Source of the DNA: Gemmatales bacterium
GTDB taxonomy: Bacteria > Planctomycetota > Planctomycetia > Gemmatales > HRBIN36
Direction of reading: 5' to 3'
Assembly (NCBI GenBank): GCA_041640595.1
Contig: JBEPZY010000003.1
Coordinates: forward strand, 508,342 to 572,341
DNA length: 64,000 nt
The translations under genes were made by a program, and so were the position numbers. Every line of letters begins with the position of its first letter. Positions within the stretch are counted from its first letter, which is position 1. Of the stretch, positions 11,027 to 20,880 are shown in pieces. A model generated the notes under the pieces. It made no database searches. It was not told the DNA's origin and saw only the letters and a list, made by a program, of their open reading frames with translations.

Positions 11027-11626
11027 CTACAGCTCTTTGATGAAGATGTTACGGAACCACAAAGGCGAGCCGTGAATCTGCAAGTGAATCGGCCCTTCGG
11101 ATTTCACGGGCTTACCACCTGGCTGGAAAACGGCATTGTCCACCACCTTCTTGCCGTTGAGATAGACGGTGACGCGGTCGCCTTTCATGATGATGTGAAA
11201 CGTGTTCCACTGACCAGGCGGATTATCGGCCACGACCAGCGGCACCTTGCCCGGTGAGCCGGCTGGATTATTCCACAATCCGCCGGAACCTTCTTTGTTA
11301 TCCCAGATTTGCACCTGCGGCTGACCCCGCAAGTAAATTCCTGAGTCGCCTCCCTTTTCGATCTTCCAGTCCACGTAGAGTTCAAAGTCGCGGTAATTCT
11401 TCTCCGTAACCAGATTGCCGCCTCCTTTGCCGACGTAATGCAGCACACCATTTTCGACTTTCCAGAACTGCGACTGTTTGTCGGCATCACGCCAGCCGCT
11501 CAGGTCTTTGCCATTGAATAGAGCGGTGAAACCAGGCGGCGGTTGTTTGATCCCTTCCTGAGCCCAGGCGCAGACCAGAGCCAGCAGCCCCAGGCTTACC
11601 GTCACAGCAATCCGACTTCGCAGCAT
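11027..11626 (-). CDS. DUF1080 (3-keto-disaccharide hydrolase-like) secreted protein
   Basis: Signal peptide; LFNGKDLSGW, DSGIYLRG, GQWNTFHI, GPIHLQIHG..WFRNIFIKEL. Confidence 0.9.
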   Translation of the reverse strand: MLRSRIAVTVSLGLLALVCAWAQEGIKQPPPGFTALFNGKDLSGWRDADKQSQFWKVENGVLHYVGKGGGNLVTEKNYRDFELYVDWKIEKGGDSGIYLRGQPQVQIWDNKEGSGGLWNNPAGSPGKVPLVVADNPPGQWNTFHIIMKGDRVTVYLNGKKVVDNAVFQPGGKPVKSEGPIHLQIHGSPLWFRNIFIKEL

Positions 11627-11878
11627 GGCAGGACCTCCTTTGCATGGGCTATGTGGGCGGGAATGAGGCGATGGGAAGTGTCAACGGCGCATCTCTGTGG
11701 CCATCGGTATGCTGACACCGGGCCACCAGTGGATGGGCTTTTAAAGCTTGCAAAAGAGCCCCGGGCGATCTGGAAAGCCCGTGGCCTGCGAGTCCCGGTA
11801 TCATGAGCCGACTCCCTTTGGGCGAACTGCAAGTTATTATGTAAGGCCACACGTGAACGGCAAGGAAGATTTCGCTAA

Positions 11879-12628
11879 CTAATCGGCACGGCGAACCACC
11901 CCGGACGAATCTTCCGCGACAAATATGTATGGGCGGAGCTTCTCCAGTGTACGGCTTTTGATGCCTCGAATTCGCGTCAGGTCCTCGACCCGCCGAAACG
12001 GCCCGTTTGCTTGCCGATCGGCAACGATTCGCTCAGCCAGCACCGGTCCGATGCCTGGCAACCGCATCAGCTCCTCGCGGCTGGCAAGGTTGATATCCAG
12101 CGGTGCCTCTGGCAACATTTTTGTCGCCGAAGCTGGCCGAGACGGCATCGTCGCGGGAATTGCCGGCTTGTCGCCCTTAGGAGGCTCATAATCGGTTACC
12201 GCGAATCGCACGGCGACCGTCGCCGCTGGTGCAGGCTCGCCGATGGTTACATGAGGACGCACTTTTTCGTAAGTTTTGGGCCCAATGCCGGGAACACGCC
12301 GCAGGTCTTCCACCTTCCGAAACGGCCCAAATTGCTGGCGGTGAGCGACAATGCGCTGAGCCAGTGTTGGCCCAATTCCCGGTAATGCGCCCAACTGTTC
12401 GACACTGGCCTGGTTCAGGTCCAGTCGGGGTTCCTCTTCTGCCGAGCGGCGTTCGACCCCGATTCGGGAGTCGGTAACGAAAACCGGTTTCGGTCGGCGT
12501 TGCCACCATTCGCTGATCGCTGCCGCCAACAACGCCAGCAACACCAGACCCAGCACCAGTTGTTGCTGGCGTGGCCAGCCGATCGAAGACGGGCCAGCGG
12601 TCTCCGCCCGCGCAGCTGGAGGCAACAT
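11879..12628 (-). CDS. ComEA-like DNA-binding protein with two helix-hairpin-helix modules
   Basis: TM anchor; two copies of LD(L/I)N.AS.E.L..LPGIGP.LA.RIVA.RQ..GPF..VEDL. Confidence 0.88.
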   Translation of the reverse strand: MLPPAARAETAGPSSIGWPRQQQLVLGLVLLALLAAAISEWWQRRPKPVFVTDSRIGVERRSAEEEPRLDLNQASVEQLGALPGIGPTLAQRIVAHRQQFGPFRKVEDLRRVPGIGPKTYEKVRPHVTIGEPAPAATVAVRFAVTDYEPPKGDKPAIPATMPSRPASATKMLPEAPLDINLASREELMRLPGIGPVLAERIVADRQANGPFRRVEDLTRIRGIKSRTLEKLRPYIFVAEDSSGVVRRAD

Positions 12629-13064
12629 GCGTATCCTCCCGCGGTAAAACTTCCTCTCCGCTGCTGGACTCCTTTGCAGCTGTCAGCAGCTGTACGGAAA
12701 AACTCCGCAAATGGCAATGGGTGGCAGCGACGAATTTTCCGCGCTGCGGGTCTCGCTGTGCCAGCTGGCAATGGTAACTGCAAGGGTGCTCCTGGCTCGG
12801 CCTGCGAACCAGGTGCCAGCTGGCAATGCTCACCTCAGCGGTGCTATTTTGCCAAACGTGCGAGCGTTTCCGGTCGTGTCGCTCATGACGCTTGAAAGGT
12901 TTCGCGGCGAGACCCTGGGCTGGTTCTCCAGCCCCATGCCGAGCTGCGTGGCGCATGTTGCGTGGCACTGGAAATTTTCGCGGCGATACTGTTCGGGAAA
13001 CTGCTCCGGAGAAACATCCGCCAGCCGGGTCTTGGCAGCATACCCGCTGCGGTTCGGCTCGCCA

Positions 13065-13643
13065 TTAACGATTCTGCTCCAGTAATTCCCGAGCCACTTC
13101 CGCCATGGGTCGCCGCTGCCGACGCGACAACCCACGCAGCTGCAAATAAGCCTGTTCCTCCGAAAGGCCCTGCTGCTGAATCAACAAGGCTTTGGCTTTT
13201 TCGATGAGCAAGCGCTGTTCGAGTTTGTCGCGGAGGCGGGCAATTTCGTTGAGCAATTCCCGCTGCCGCACCAGAGCCGATCGCAGTGATAACAAAGCGG
13301 TATAGAGGCCATCCGGCCCGGCACTCACCGGCACCACGGCCGCCTGCTGCACCACCGAAACCAGCCGTTGGGGAGAGCGCAAGGGCACATTGACGACGAA
13401 AAGGATGGGAACGGGCAATCCCGCCAGACTCGCCGCTGCCAGTTCTTCCTCATGGTGGGCGACCCGGCAAACGATCGCTTCGACTTCGCCTTTGCGCACT
13501 GCTGCGGGCAAGGCCGTCGTCCAGTCGGAGCAACCGACTACGACGAATTCCCCACCACTGGACACCTGCAAGTCCGCCAACCACTGGCTCAGTTGGCTAT
13601 CGCTGGCCATGGTCTGGCTTTGCAGCAGCCACAGCCGGAACAT
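13065..13643 (-). CDS. ANTAR-domain RNA-binding regulator with degenerate receiver domain
   Basis: C-terminal LEQRLLIEKAKALLIQQQGLSEEQAYLQLRGLSRRQRRPMAEVA preceded by a coiled coil; RBS GGAGAGAGG. Confidence 0.85.
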   Translation of the reverse strand: MFRLWLLQSQTMASDSQLSQWLADLQVSSGGEFVVVGCSDWTTALPAAVRKGEVEAIVCRVAHHEEELAAASLAGLPVPILFVVNVPLRSPQRLVSVVQQAAVVPVSAGPDGLYTALLSLRSALVRQRELLNEIARLRDKLEQRLLIEKAKALLIQQQGLSEEQAYLQLRGLSRRQRRPMAEVARELLEQNR

Positions 13644-13971
13644 TGCCTCTCTCCGCAGAATGTCTGCCGATCGCCCCCCGGTTTACAAATCGCTGGCTCC
13701 TGGCTGGCAAATTATTGATGGCCAATTCAGTCACGGCAGGGATCGAACAGAGCCCTGACGCTGTTCCGTCTCCTGCATAGGTAAGACGAGGCAGTTTACC
13801 CCGCTCAACGCCGTCGCTGCCACGGATGCCTGGTGCTGATCCGCGTGTGCATCTTTCAGTTCGCAGGCTACCGATGGCCCATGGATGACGGCAAGCTAAC
13901 GCCTGTCGCTTCTGATCTGCGACTGGCTGATAGCTATTCCAGGCGGGGCTATCTCGTTTGGCCGGAACGCA

Positions 13972-14319
13972 TTAAATCGCTTCCGGGCCCTGTTCACCGG
14001 TGCGGATGCGGATGCAATTTTCCAGGGGCAGAATGAAGATTTTGCCGTCGCCGATACGCCCTTCCGGTCCGGAGCGGCCTGCCTCGACGATGGCGTTGAC
14101 CGTTTTTTCGACGAAATCCTCGTTGACCGCAATCTGCAACTGAATTTTCCGGACGTATTTGACGGTCAACTCATGTCCGCGAAAGGTCTCGCTTTGCCCT
14201 TTCTGACGACCAAAGCCATACACCTCCATCCACGTCAGGCGAAACACCTCGACCTTATTCAATGCATCGCGGACCGCGTCGAGCTTTTCCGGGCGGATGA
14301 TAGCAATGATCAATTTCAT
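13972..14319 (-). CDS. glnB: Nitrogen regulatory protein P-II (GlnB/GlnK family)
   Basis: MKLIIAIIRP, GFGRQKG, IGDGKIFILPLE..IRIRTGE.G.EAI. Confidence 0.92.
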   Translation of the reverse strand: MKLIIAIIRPEKLDAVRDALNKVEVFRLTWMEVYGFGRQKGQSETFRGHELTVKYVRKIQLQIAVNEDFVEKTVNAIVEAGRSGPEGRIGDGKIFILPLENCIRIRTGEQGPEAI

Positions 14320-14504
14320 GGTCAGGCCGCCTATTGCGGATCAGGTTGGGGCACGGGCTAATTGCATGACCCGCGTCCAGCTTGCGAATCACCATTAGCA
14401 CTAGCCACGGCGACAAGTTTTGTCCAACGCCGGACTCGCCGACTTTTCTGCTGAAACTTAGCAGTCCGAACGAACGGCTCATTTTCGGATGGATGCGCAC
14501 TGTC

Positions 14505-17420
14505 TTATCCTGGCGGAAATCGCCGTTGTGAACGCCGACGAGCCTGTTCCAGCGCAGAAAGTAACGGCGAAGCTGGCGCAGCGGGGGAATCGGAAACCGC
14601 TGGCCTGGGTTCGGGAGTCGCGGTGCTGGTAGTCGCGGATTTAGCCGGCGATCCCGTATCGGTTGGCCGGGCGACTCGGGTTGGGCTATTCCCGGCAGAC
14701 GCAGAGCCCGATTTGGCAGGGGCAGCTTCCAGCGTGCCTGGCCGGCGAACAAATGCCCACAGTCGGCGCGGGATTCGTGTGAGCGTGCTGGCAAGGTTTT
14801 GCCAGCGTGTCGTGAGTGTGGCCAGGTGCAGGCGCCCTCCCGCTGCGGTCAGCCAGCCGGTTCGCCGTTCCAGAATCTCCAGCAGCAGCGTCAGTAAAGC
14901 CAGTCCCAGCAGCCAGGGACGTAATGGGTAATATACGCGGGTAGCGGGCAGGTCGTGCCAGATGGTGGTGACATCGGTCCGTTCGCGGCCTCCCGTAGCC
15001 AGAGCTAGTTCTGCCAGAGCACCGGTCGGAGATTCCTCCGAGGCAGAACTGGTGCGTTGAGATTCGGCCGGTTCGAATTCGCAGGAGTAAGGCAAACAGA
15101 CAGGCGGTAAATTCACCGGCCCAAAGCCCGGCAGGTCGAGCGTGGCCAGGACGGTGTCGGTACTGGACAAAGGCAGTTGCAATTCGAGCGTGTCGGCCTG
15201 TACCCAACTGAGCGGATGCTCCTCGCGGACGAGCTGACCGTTGGGTCGCTGCCGCAAGGCGATCACTTTCGGCGGCCGGGGGAAAGACGGCGTTTCCTTT
15301 TCCGGGTCGAGGTGCAGGCGAATTCTGGCACTGCCGCGGAATCGTTCCAGCGTCCAGGCCGTGTCCTCCGGCAGGCCCTTGTGCCATTCAGAGGCCCAGC
15401 GGACGAGCGAGGCGAGAAAATCACCGTATTCGGGCCAGCGTGCGATCGGCCCGGTATATTTGCCATCCACTTCCGCGGTGTAGCACACCACACGACCCAG
15501 ACCGCGATGCCAGGCGGCTACCAGAGGTGCTCGGAATTCGTCCTGGGTTACCGCCCCACGAATCGCTCCGGGACGCAAGTAACAAAGATTGTAACCGCCC
15601 ACCGGTTCCGACAGAGTAAAGGCACGCGGAGTGAGGGTAAGCAACCCGGCTTCCGCTGACACCGGCGTTACTTCCTCGACAAAAGTGCTGCGAGCCACCT
15701 GGAACGCCTCCTGGGCAAACAGAAGCGGCAGCTGTTCGGCGTTTTCGGTGAAGTAAATGTTGCCACCACCTCGCCGGGCAACATCCCGCAGAAACTCGGC
15801 ATCCACATCGGTAGGTTTGCCCAGGCCGATCACGCTCACGGTTACGCCGGCATTGCGGAGTGCGGCCAGCAGCTTCTGATACTCGCCCGGCTCCTCAGCA
15901 TCGGCGGCGTCGGCAAAAAGAATAATGTGGCGGGTGGCGGCTTTGGCGTTCTGGATCATTTCTGCTGCCGCGAGCAGTCCCGTGTACACGAAAATACCTC
16001 CGCCCATGCTCTCGATGCTGAGGATGCGTTGCCGCAATTCGCTTTTGCTTTTCGGATTCACCAGGGGCGTAATGATGTGCGGCTGGCTATCCACCGCGAT
16101 CACGCCGATCTCGTCCATCGGCGTGAGTAATTCCAGCACCTGGGCCGCTCCCAGATTGGCCAAATCCATTTTGCATCTGCCGCCGCCTACCGGCATGGCC
16201 ATACTCCCGCTGCGATCCAGCACCATGACGATGGCGACGCTGAACTTGCGATGTTCCTGGCGCATCTCGAGAGAAACCGGGAGAACCTCGGCTAGCGGCG
16301 AACCATAATATCCACCCACGGCATAGCTGTTGCGGCCGCCGGTCATCACCAATCCGCCACCGGCATCGCGTACCCAGTGGCTCAGCACATTCATGCCGGC
16401 CATCCCCAGGTTTTCTGCCGCGACGTTTTCCAGGATCACCGCCGAGTAGTTGCTGAGCTCTTCAAGCGTCCAGCGGCATTGTTCGGGCGATCGGCTCTGC
16501 ACCTGGAAACCGCTCCGTTGCAGGAGCCTGGCGAAGGAATTGTTTGGCCTGGTAGAGACATGCAACACCGGACGCGAGCCGGCTACCTGGACGAGCAGCC
16601 GTGCGGTGTTATTCTCCGGTACCGGGTCTGCCATCTCCCCATGCACGCGCAGGTAATAGTCGTAGGTTCCCGGCTCCTGAGCACGCAGGCGAAAAGCGAT
16701 GCGATGTCGGCCAGCGGTAAATTCCTGTTCGACCGTACCCAGCACAGTATCGCCGAGGCGAAGCTCCGCACGCACTTTCTGGGCTATGGGGACGTCGAGC
16801 CAGGCGATCAGGTAAAATCCTGCATCGGTTTCCACGCGGCTCGGTGCTGTGATTTCCGCGATGGCCAGATCACCGGCGCTGCTCCGGGTCAGCAAGCGGT
16901 AATCCACGGGGATTTTGCGTGCAGCCAACCGACCGGTCAGCGTTCGCGGGTCGAGTCCCGTCCATCGGCCATCCGAAAGCACCAGAATTCGTGCCGGGCG
17001 ATCCTGCGGGCAAAGCTCCAGGGCTTTATCCAGCGCGGCCGCCAGTTCGGAACCATCCGTATCTACTTCGTGGACAAAACCGCTGAATGGTGTCGCCTGC
17101 GGCATTTGCTCAACCACCGGCTGCCTGCCAAACGCTACCACACCGAGGCATTCATTTCCCTGGCGGCTGCGGTAAAGCAGGTCGAGCACTTCTTTATGAC
17201 TGGTATCGGAATTGGGCGGCATCGAGGCACTGCGATCGGCCAGCACCACGACCACACCTTCCCGCCGCAACAATGGCCAGGAAAATCCCGCCAGTGCCAG
17301 CAAAACCAACAGCCAGACGGCAGCGCGACACGCCTGTCCCCACCCGGACGGTTGCCGCCAGTACCACCATACCAAAATCAGCGGCAAACCCAGTAACAAC
17401 CAGCCCGGTTCGGTCAGCAT
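14505..17420 (-). CDS. Membrane protein with two vWA domains and a GATase1-like domain
   Basis: MIDAS motifs DRSAS and DRSGS; GGGLVMTGG..SY..GGY; N- and C-terminal TM helices. Confidence 0.85.
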   Translation of the reverse strand: MLTEPGWLLLGLPLILVWWYWRQPSGWGQACRAAVWLLVLLALAGFSWPLLRREGVVVVLADRSASMPPNSDTSHKEVLDLLYRSRQGNECLGVVAFGRQPVVEQMPQATPFSGFVHEVDTDGSELAAALDKALELCPQDRPARILVLSDGRWTGLDPRTLTGRLAARKIPVDYRLLTRSSAGDLAIAEITAPSRVETDAGFYLIAWLDVPIAQKVRAELRLGDTVLGTVEQEFTAGRHRIAFRLRAQEPGTYDYYLRVHGEMADPVPENNTARLLVQVAGSRPVLHVSTRPNNSFARLLQRSGFQVQSRSPEQCRWTLEELSNYSAVILENVAAENLGMAGMNVLSHWVRDAGGGLVMTGGRNSYAVGGYYGSPLAEVLPVSLEMRQEHRKFSVAIVMVLDRSGSMAMPVGGGRCKMDLANLGAAQVLELLTPMDEIGVIAVDSQPHIITPLVNPKSKSELRQRILSIESMGGGIFVYTGLLAAAEMIQNAKAATRHIILFADAADAEEPGEYQKLLAALRNAGVTVSVIGLGKPTDVDAEFLRDVARRGGGNIYFTENAEQLPLLFAQEAFQVARSTFVEEVTPVSAEAGLLTLTPRAFTLSEPVGGYNLCYLRPGAIRGAVTQDEFRAPLVAAWHRGLGRVVCYTAEVDGKYTGPIARWPEYGDFLASLVRWASEWHKGLPEDTAWTLERFRGSARIRLHLDPEKETPSFPRPPKVIALRQRPNGQLVREEHPLSWVQADTLELQLPLSSTDTVLATLDLPGFGPVNLPPVCLPYSCEFEPAESQRTSSASEESPTGALAELALATGGRERTDVTTIWHDLPATRVYYPLRPWLLGLALLTLLLEILERRTGWLTAAGGRLHLATLTTRWQNLASTLTRIPRRLWAFVRRPGTLEAAPAKSGSASAGNSPTRVARPTDTGSPAKSATTSTATPEPRPAVSDSPAAPASPLLSALEQARRRSQRRFPPG

Positions 17421-17439
17421 GGTTTCCCCTTTCGGATGC

Positions 17440-19215
17440 TCAGCGCTGGCTTTCCCAGCGCCACACCAGCCAGCTATGCGCGATGAGCAGCCCCAGCGCC
17501 ACCAGCAAAAATGCCCAGCTGGTATCGCGGTAATGCCTGCGGAGAATTTCCTCGTCCAGCCACTGGCCCCACTGGCCGCGTGCGCATCGGCGAAGATCGG
17601 ATTCTCCCGGCTGCAGCATGTTCACGCCGATTTTCCAGTGGCGGCTACCGTCGGTAATTTCGTACACGCCGAGCCTTTGCAACGGCACGAACGCCACGCC
17701 CTGCCGCACCGGATATTCTGTTTCGTTCCCGTCCGGCAAACGGCATACGATGACCGGTGCCTTGTCGGCCGATCCCGCAAACTTCGCCGAAGCATCGCAG
17801 CGAACCCGTAGCACCTCGCCAATTCGGGCCGAAACCGTTTCCGGTCCTGGCAATTCGCGGCGACGCCAGTCCACCAGATTCGTCCAGAGGATCGGCCAAT
17901 CAGGTACGCGGTGCAGATTGGAAAGCTCCGGAATCAGCCGCAACCGAAAGTGCCGACGATTCAGCCCGCGCAAAGTTTCGGTGAGCAACGGCACGTCTCC
18001 CACGCTGACGATGGGCGTACCTTCGATGGCTTCGCGGCGTGCTCCCCAGATCGCTCCCTGCAAAGTCAAACCCTCACACAGCGGATGCTGTCGGTCGAGA
18101 ATGAATGGCCCGGTAAAAGCCTCGCCGTCTTTTTCCACAATCAACTGCACCAGCCAGGTCGTGCCAGCGGGTCGAGCGGTGGGGCTATCGGTAATCCACA
18201 CCTGCGGGGCGGTGCTGTCGAAAACTACCGGGCCTGTTGCCAGCAACGCTTTCTCCAGTGCCGAGCGCAAAGCGGCGTGGCTCACTTCCAGACGAACCTG
18301 GATGGGCGAAATCGGTGCGCGGACGAGCCAGACGTGATTGTCGGCCTCCAGGTCATCGGCAGGTAACACGGCTTCCACGAGTTCGAGCTGAGCCGGGACG
18401 GTAAAGTGCAGGGTCTGCGTCTCGCCTGGTTGCAGGGTGATCGGCGTTTCCTGCAAGAGGGTTTGCCCTGAGCGTAACTGCAAAACCGTGCTGGTCGGTT
18501 CGGCGGAGTAGTTGGCCAGCTCCGGCACCAACCGATCGCGGTCTTTGCCTGCCGTGCGAACGGCATGGATGATTGCCACATTTTGTTTCGGCGATCCACA
18601 CGCCCACCACTGGAGCCAGCCCGCTTCCACAGGGACAGCCGGCGGCGTATCGGTGAGTACCAGAACCAGTGTGTCAGCGCCACCCCATTCCCGAGCGGTA
18701 GCCAGAGCGCGTTCCAGCGAAGCCATCGGCTGCCAGCACTGCCACTGCTCCAACATCGGATCGAGCGCGTGGAGCTCGGTAACCGCAGGGCCGAGCCATT
18801 GCGGGGTGGTTCCGGCCAGAAGTAACCGCACCGAAGCGAAACGCCGGTGCCGCAATAGCTCTCGCAGCTGCCGCTCCGCTTCGGCACGGGCCGACGGTTG
18901 ACCAGCCTGCATGGAGAGCGAATCGTCGAGGATCACGACGAGTGGCCGGACCGATTGCGGCATCAGCAGATGCACGCCCAGTGCTGCTGCCACAATCGTC
19001 ACCAGCGCCAGGAGTTCCAGGAAAAACAACCACGGCAGGTGCAGTCTCTGCCAGCGCACACCGGCATCACGCAGTTCCGGAATATCTCGCCAGAACAGGA
19101 GCGTCGAAACCGGTCGCGGTCGGTAACGAAAACGGAGCCAGTAAATGGCCACCAGAACCGGCACAGCGGCCAGTCCTGCCAGAGCCCACGGTGTGGTCCA
19201 GACCAGCGGCGTCAT
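17440..19215 (-). CDS. BatA N-terminal plus vWA domain membrane protein
   Basis: PWALAGLAAVPVLVAIYWL..PVSTLLFW; DDSLSM; C-terminal TM helix. Confidence 0.85.
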   Translation of the reverse strand: MTPLVWTTPWALAGLAAVPVLVAIYWLRFRYRPRPVSTLLFWRDIPELRDAGVRWQRLHLPWLFFLELLALVTIVAAALGVHLLMPQSVRPLVVILDDSLSMQAGQPSARAEAERQLRELLRHRRFASVRLLLAGTTPQWLGPAVTELHALDPMLEQWQCWQPMASLERALATAREWGGADTLVLVLTDTPPAVPVEAGWLQWWACGSPKQNVAIIHAVRTAGKDRDRLVPELANYSAEPTSTVLQLRSGQTLLQETPITLQPGETQTLHFTVPAQLELVEAVLPADDLEADNHVWLVRAPISPIQVRLEVSHAALRSALEKALLATGPVVFDSTAPQVWITDSPTARPAGTTWLVQLIVEKDGEAFTGPFILDRQHPLCEGLTLQGAIWGARREAIEGTPIVSVGDVPLLTETLRGLNRRHFRLRLIPELSNLHRVPDWPILWTNLVDWRRRELPGPETVSARIGEVLRVRCDASAKFAGSADKAPVIVCRLPDGNETEYPVRQGVAFVPLQRLGVYEITDGSRHWKIGVNMLQPGESDLRRCARGQWGQWLDEEILRRHYRDTSWAFLLVALGLLIAHSWLVWRWESQR

Positions 19216-19227
19216 GAGCCGACTCCG

Positions 19228-20118
19228 TTAGCTTTTACCCGGTTGCAAAAGCTCTGCCTGCAACAATGCTCGCGGAGTCCAATCCTGGATGAATTCCTCC
19301 GCAACCACCTGCACCAGTGTTGCTCCTGTCTGCCGACAGGCCCGCTCCCATTGTTGCTGATGCTGCTCCAAACAGGCGCGGTAACGTTCCAGCGCCGCTT
19401 CGTTGACCAGCAGGTCGCGCTGATGGCCCGTTTCGATATCCACCAGCCGTACCTGACCCCGCATGGGTGGCGCCAGGTCTTCTTCTGCCAGCACCTGCAC
19501 CAGGACAACCAGAGCGGCCTGCCAGGTGAGTTGCGCCAGGATGAGCTGCGGATCCTCAGTCCAGAACAAATCGCTGACCAGCACCCGCACCGATCGCGGT
19601 CGCCAGGGGGGCGTATCACGCAACAAAACTTCGCCCGCGGAAAGATGGCCGGTAAATCCGCTGAATGGCCATTCCGTGGGTGCCTGGGATCCGCTGGCGA
19701 GCATGCTGCACCGTTCCTGAAGCAGAAAGAGGCGGTAGGAAAAACCGCTATTCTCTGCCGCTGCCGCGAGCATCGCCGTCAGGCCCAGCGCGGCCCGTCC
19801 TTTTTCGCTTTCGGGTAAATCCATGGAACGCGAGCCGTCCAGTATCAATTCCAGATGCGGGTGCAATTCCTGTTCGAAGACCTTGACCAGTAAACGATCG
19901 CTGCGGGCACTGGCATGCCAGTCGAGATGCCGCAAATCATCCCCCGGACGGTATTCGCGATGTTCACGGAATTCCAGCGAACAGCCGGCGGCACTGGCCA
20001 GGTGCCGATCGGATTGCCCGACCGGTGACCGACGCAGCACCCGCCACTGGTAACGGTAACCTTCCCGTTCACCCCGTTCCAGCACCCGCATCCAGAAAGC
20101 ATCCATCACGCAAGTCAC
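19228..20118 (-). CDS. DUF58 domain protein
   Basis: SLEFREHREYRPGDDLRHLDWHASAR, LDGSRSM, LVSD. Confidence 0.9.
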   Translation of the reverse strand: MTCVMDAFWMRVLERGEREGYRYQWRVLRRSPVGQSDRHLASAAGCSLEFREHREYRPGDDLRHLDWHASARSDRLLVKVFEQELHPHLELILDGSRSMDLPESEKGRAALGLTAMLAAAAENSGFSYRLFLLQERCSMLASGSQAPTEWPFSGFTGHLSAGEVLLRDTPPWRPRSVRVLVSDLFWTEDPQLILAQLTWQAALVVLVQVLAEEDLAPPMRGQVRLVDIETGHQRDLLVNEAALERYRACLEQHQQQWERACRQTGATLVQVVAEEFIQDWTPRALLQAELLQPGKS

Positions 20119-20164
20119 CTCGTTCGCAGTCGCGGGTAAATTGTTCGGCCGCTCTTTCGGCTCC

Positions 20165-20357
20165 CGATGGCTTCCTCGGAGACGACATGCCCAAGTGGTA
20201 CCGGCACGTAATCGCCCACGCTTCCGGCTCGTGTTGGCTTCCTCTGCGATGCAATGCGATAGCTATACTCCCAAATGTTCGTTCGCTCCTGCCTTATTAC
20301 CTTCCACCCTTGCAGGTGGAGGTTGGAATACGAAAGCTACACGCCCAAATGTTCGTT
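20165..20357. repeat. Degenerate tandem repeats with 66-74 bp period
   Basis: GA(T/A)AGCTA(T/C)AC(T/G)CCCAAATGTTCGTT at 20258 and 20332; GGCTTCCTC blocks about 66 bp apart upstream. Confidence 0.55.
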
Positions 20358-20399
20358 TACCCTTTCCGCTCCCGACCAGCCCGCCACACTGGCGACTGG

Positions 20400-20880
20400 T
20401 GAACGGTCACTGACGACCACTCCCTGACCCGCGACCCCTGGCCGCTGGCCATTAGCCACGGATCACTAAGCACCAATCACCGGCCACCGATCACCGACCA
20501 CTGGTCACCGGTCAGTGATCACTGACCACTCACTGATGACTGGGCGATGGCCGCTGGCCACTAGCCACTGATCACCGGTCACTGCTCACTGGCCACCGAT
20601 CAGCGCCCACTGGTCACCGGTCACCGATCACTGACCACTCGCTGATGACTGGCCACTAGGCACTGATCACCGGCCACCGATCACCGGCCACTGGTCACCG
20701 GTCAGTGATCACTGACCACTCACTGATGACTGGGCGATGGCCGCTGGCCACTAGCCACTGATCACCGGTCACTGCTCACCGGCCACCGATCAGCGGCCAC
20801 TGGTCACCGGTCACCGATCAGTGACCACTCGCTGATGACTGGCCACTAGCCACTGATCACTGGCCACTGCTCACCGGCCA
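20400..20880. repeat. Heptamer array (GRYCACY) with higher-order 190-bp duplication
   Basis: Runs of GGCCACT/GATCACT/GACCACT/GGTCACC; 20481-20670 is repeated nearly exactly at 20671-20860. Confidence 0.9.

Noticed and set aside
14345..14385. Sigma54 promoter upstream of the P-II gene
   Set aside because: GG-to-GC spacing is 11 on the minus strand and 12 on the plus strand, not the required 10.
13645..14460. ANTAR dual-hexaloop target RNA near P-II/ANTAR
   Set aside because: Only isolated, imperfect hairpins were found (e.g. CAGC-GACGGC-GTTG); no convincing tandem pair by eye.
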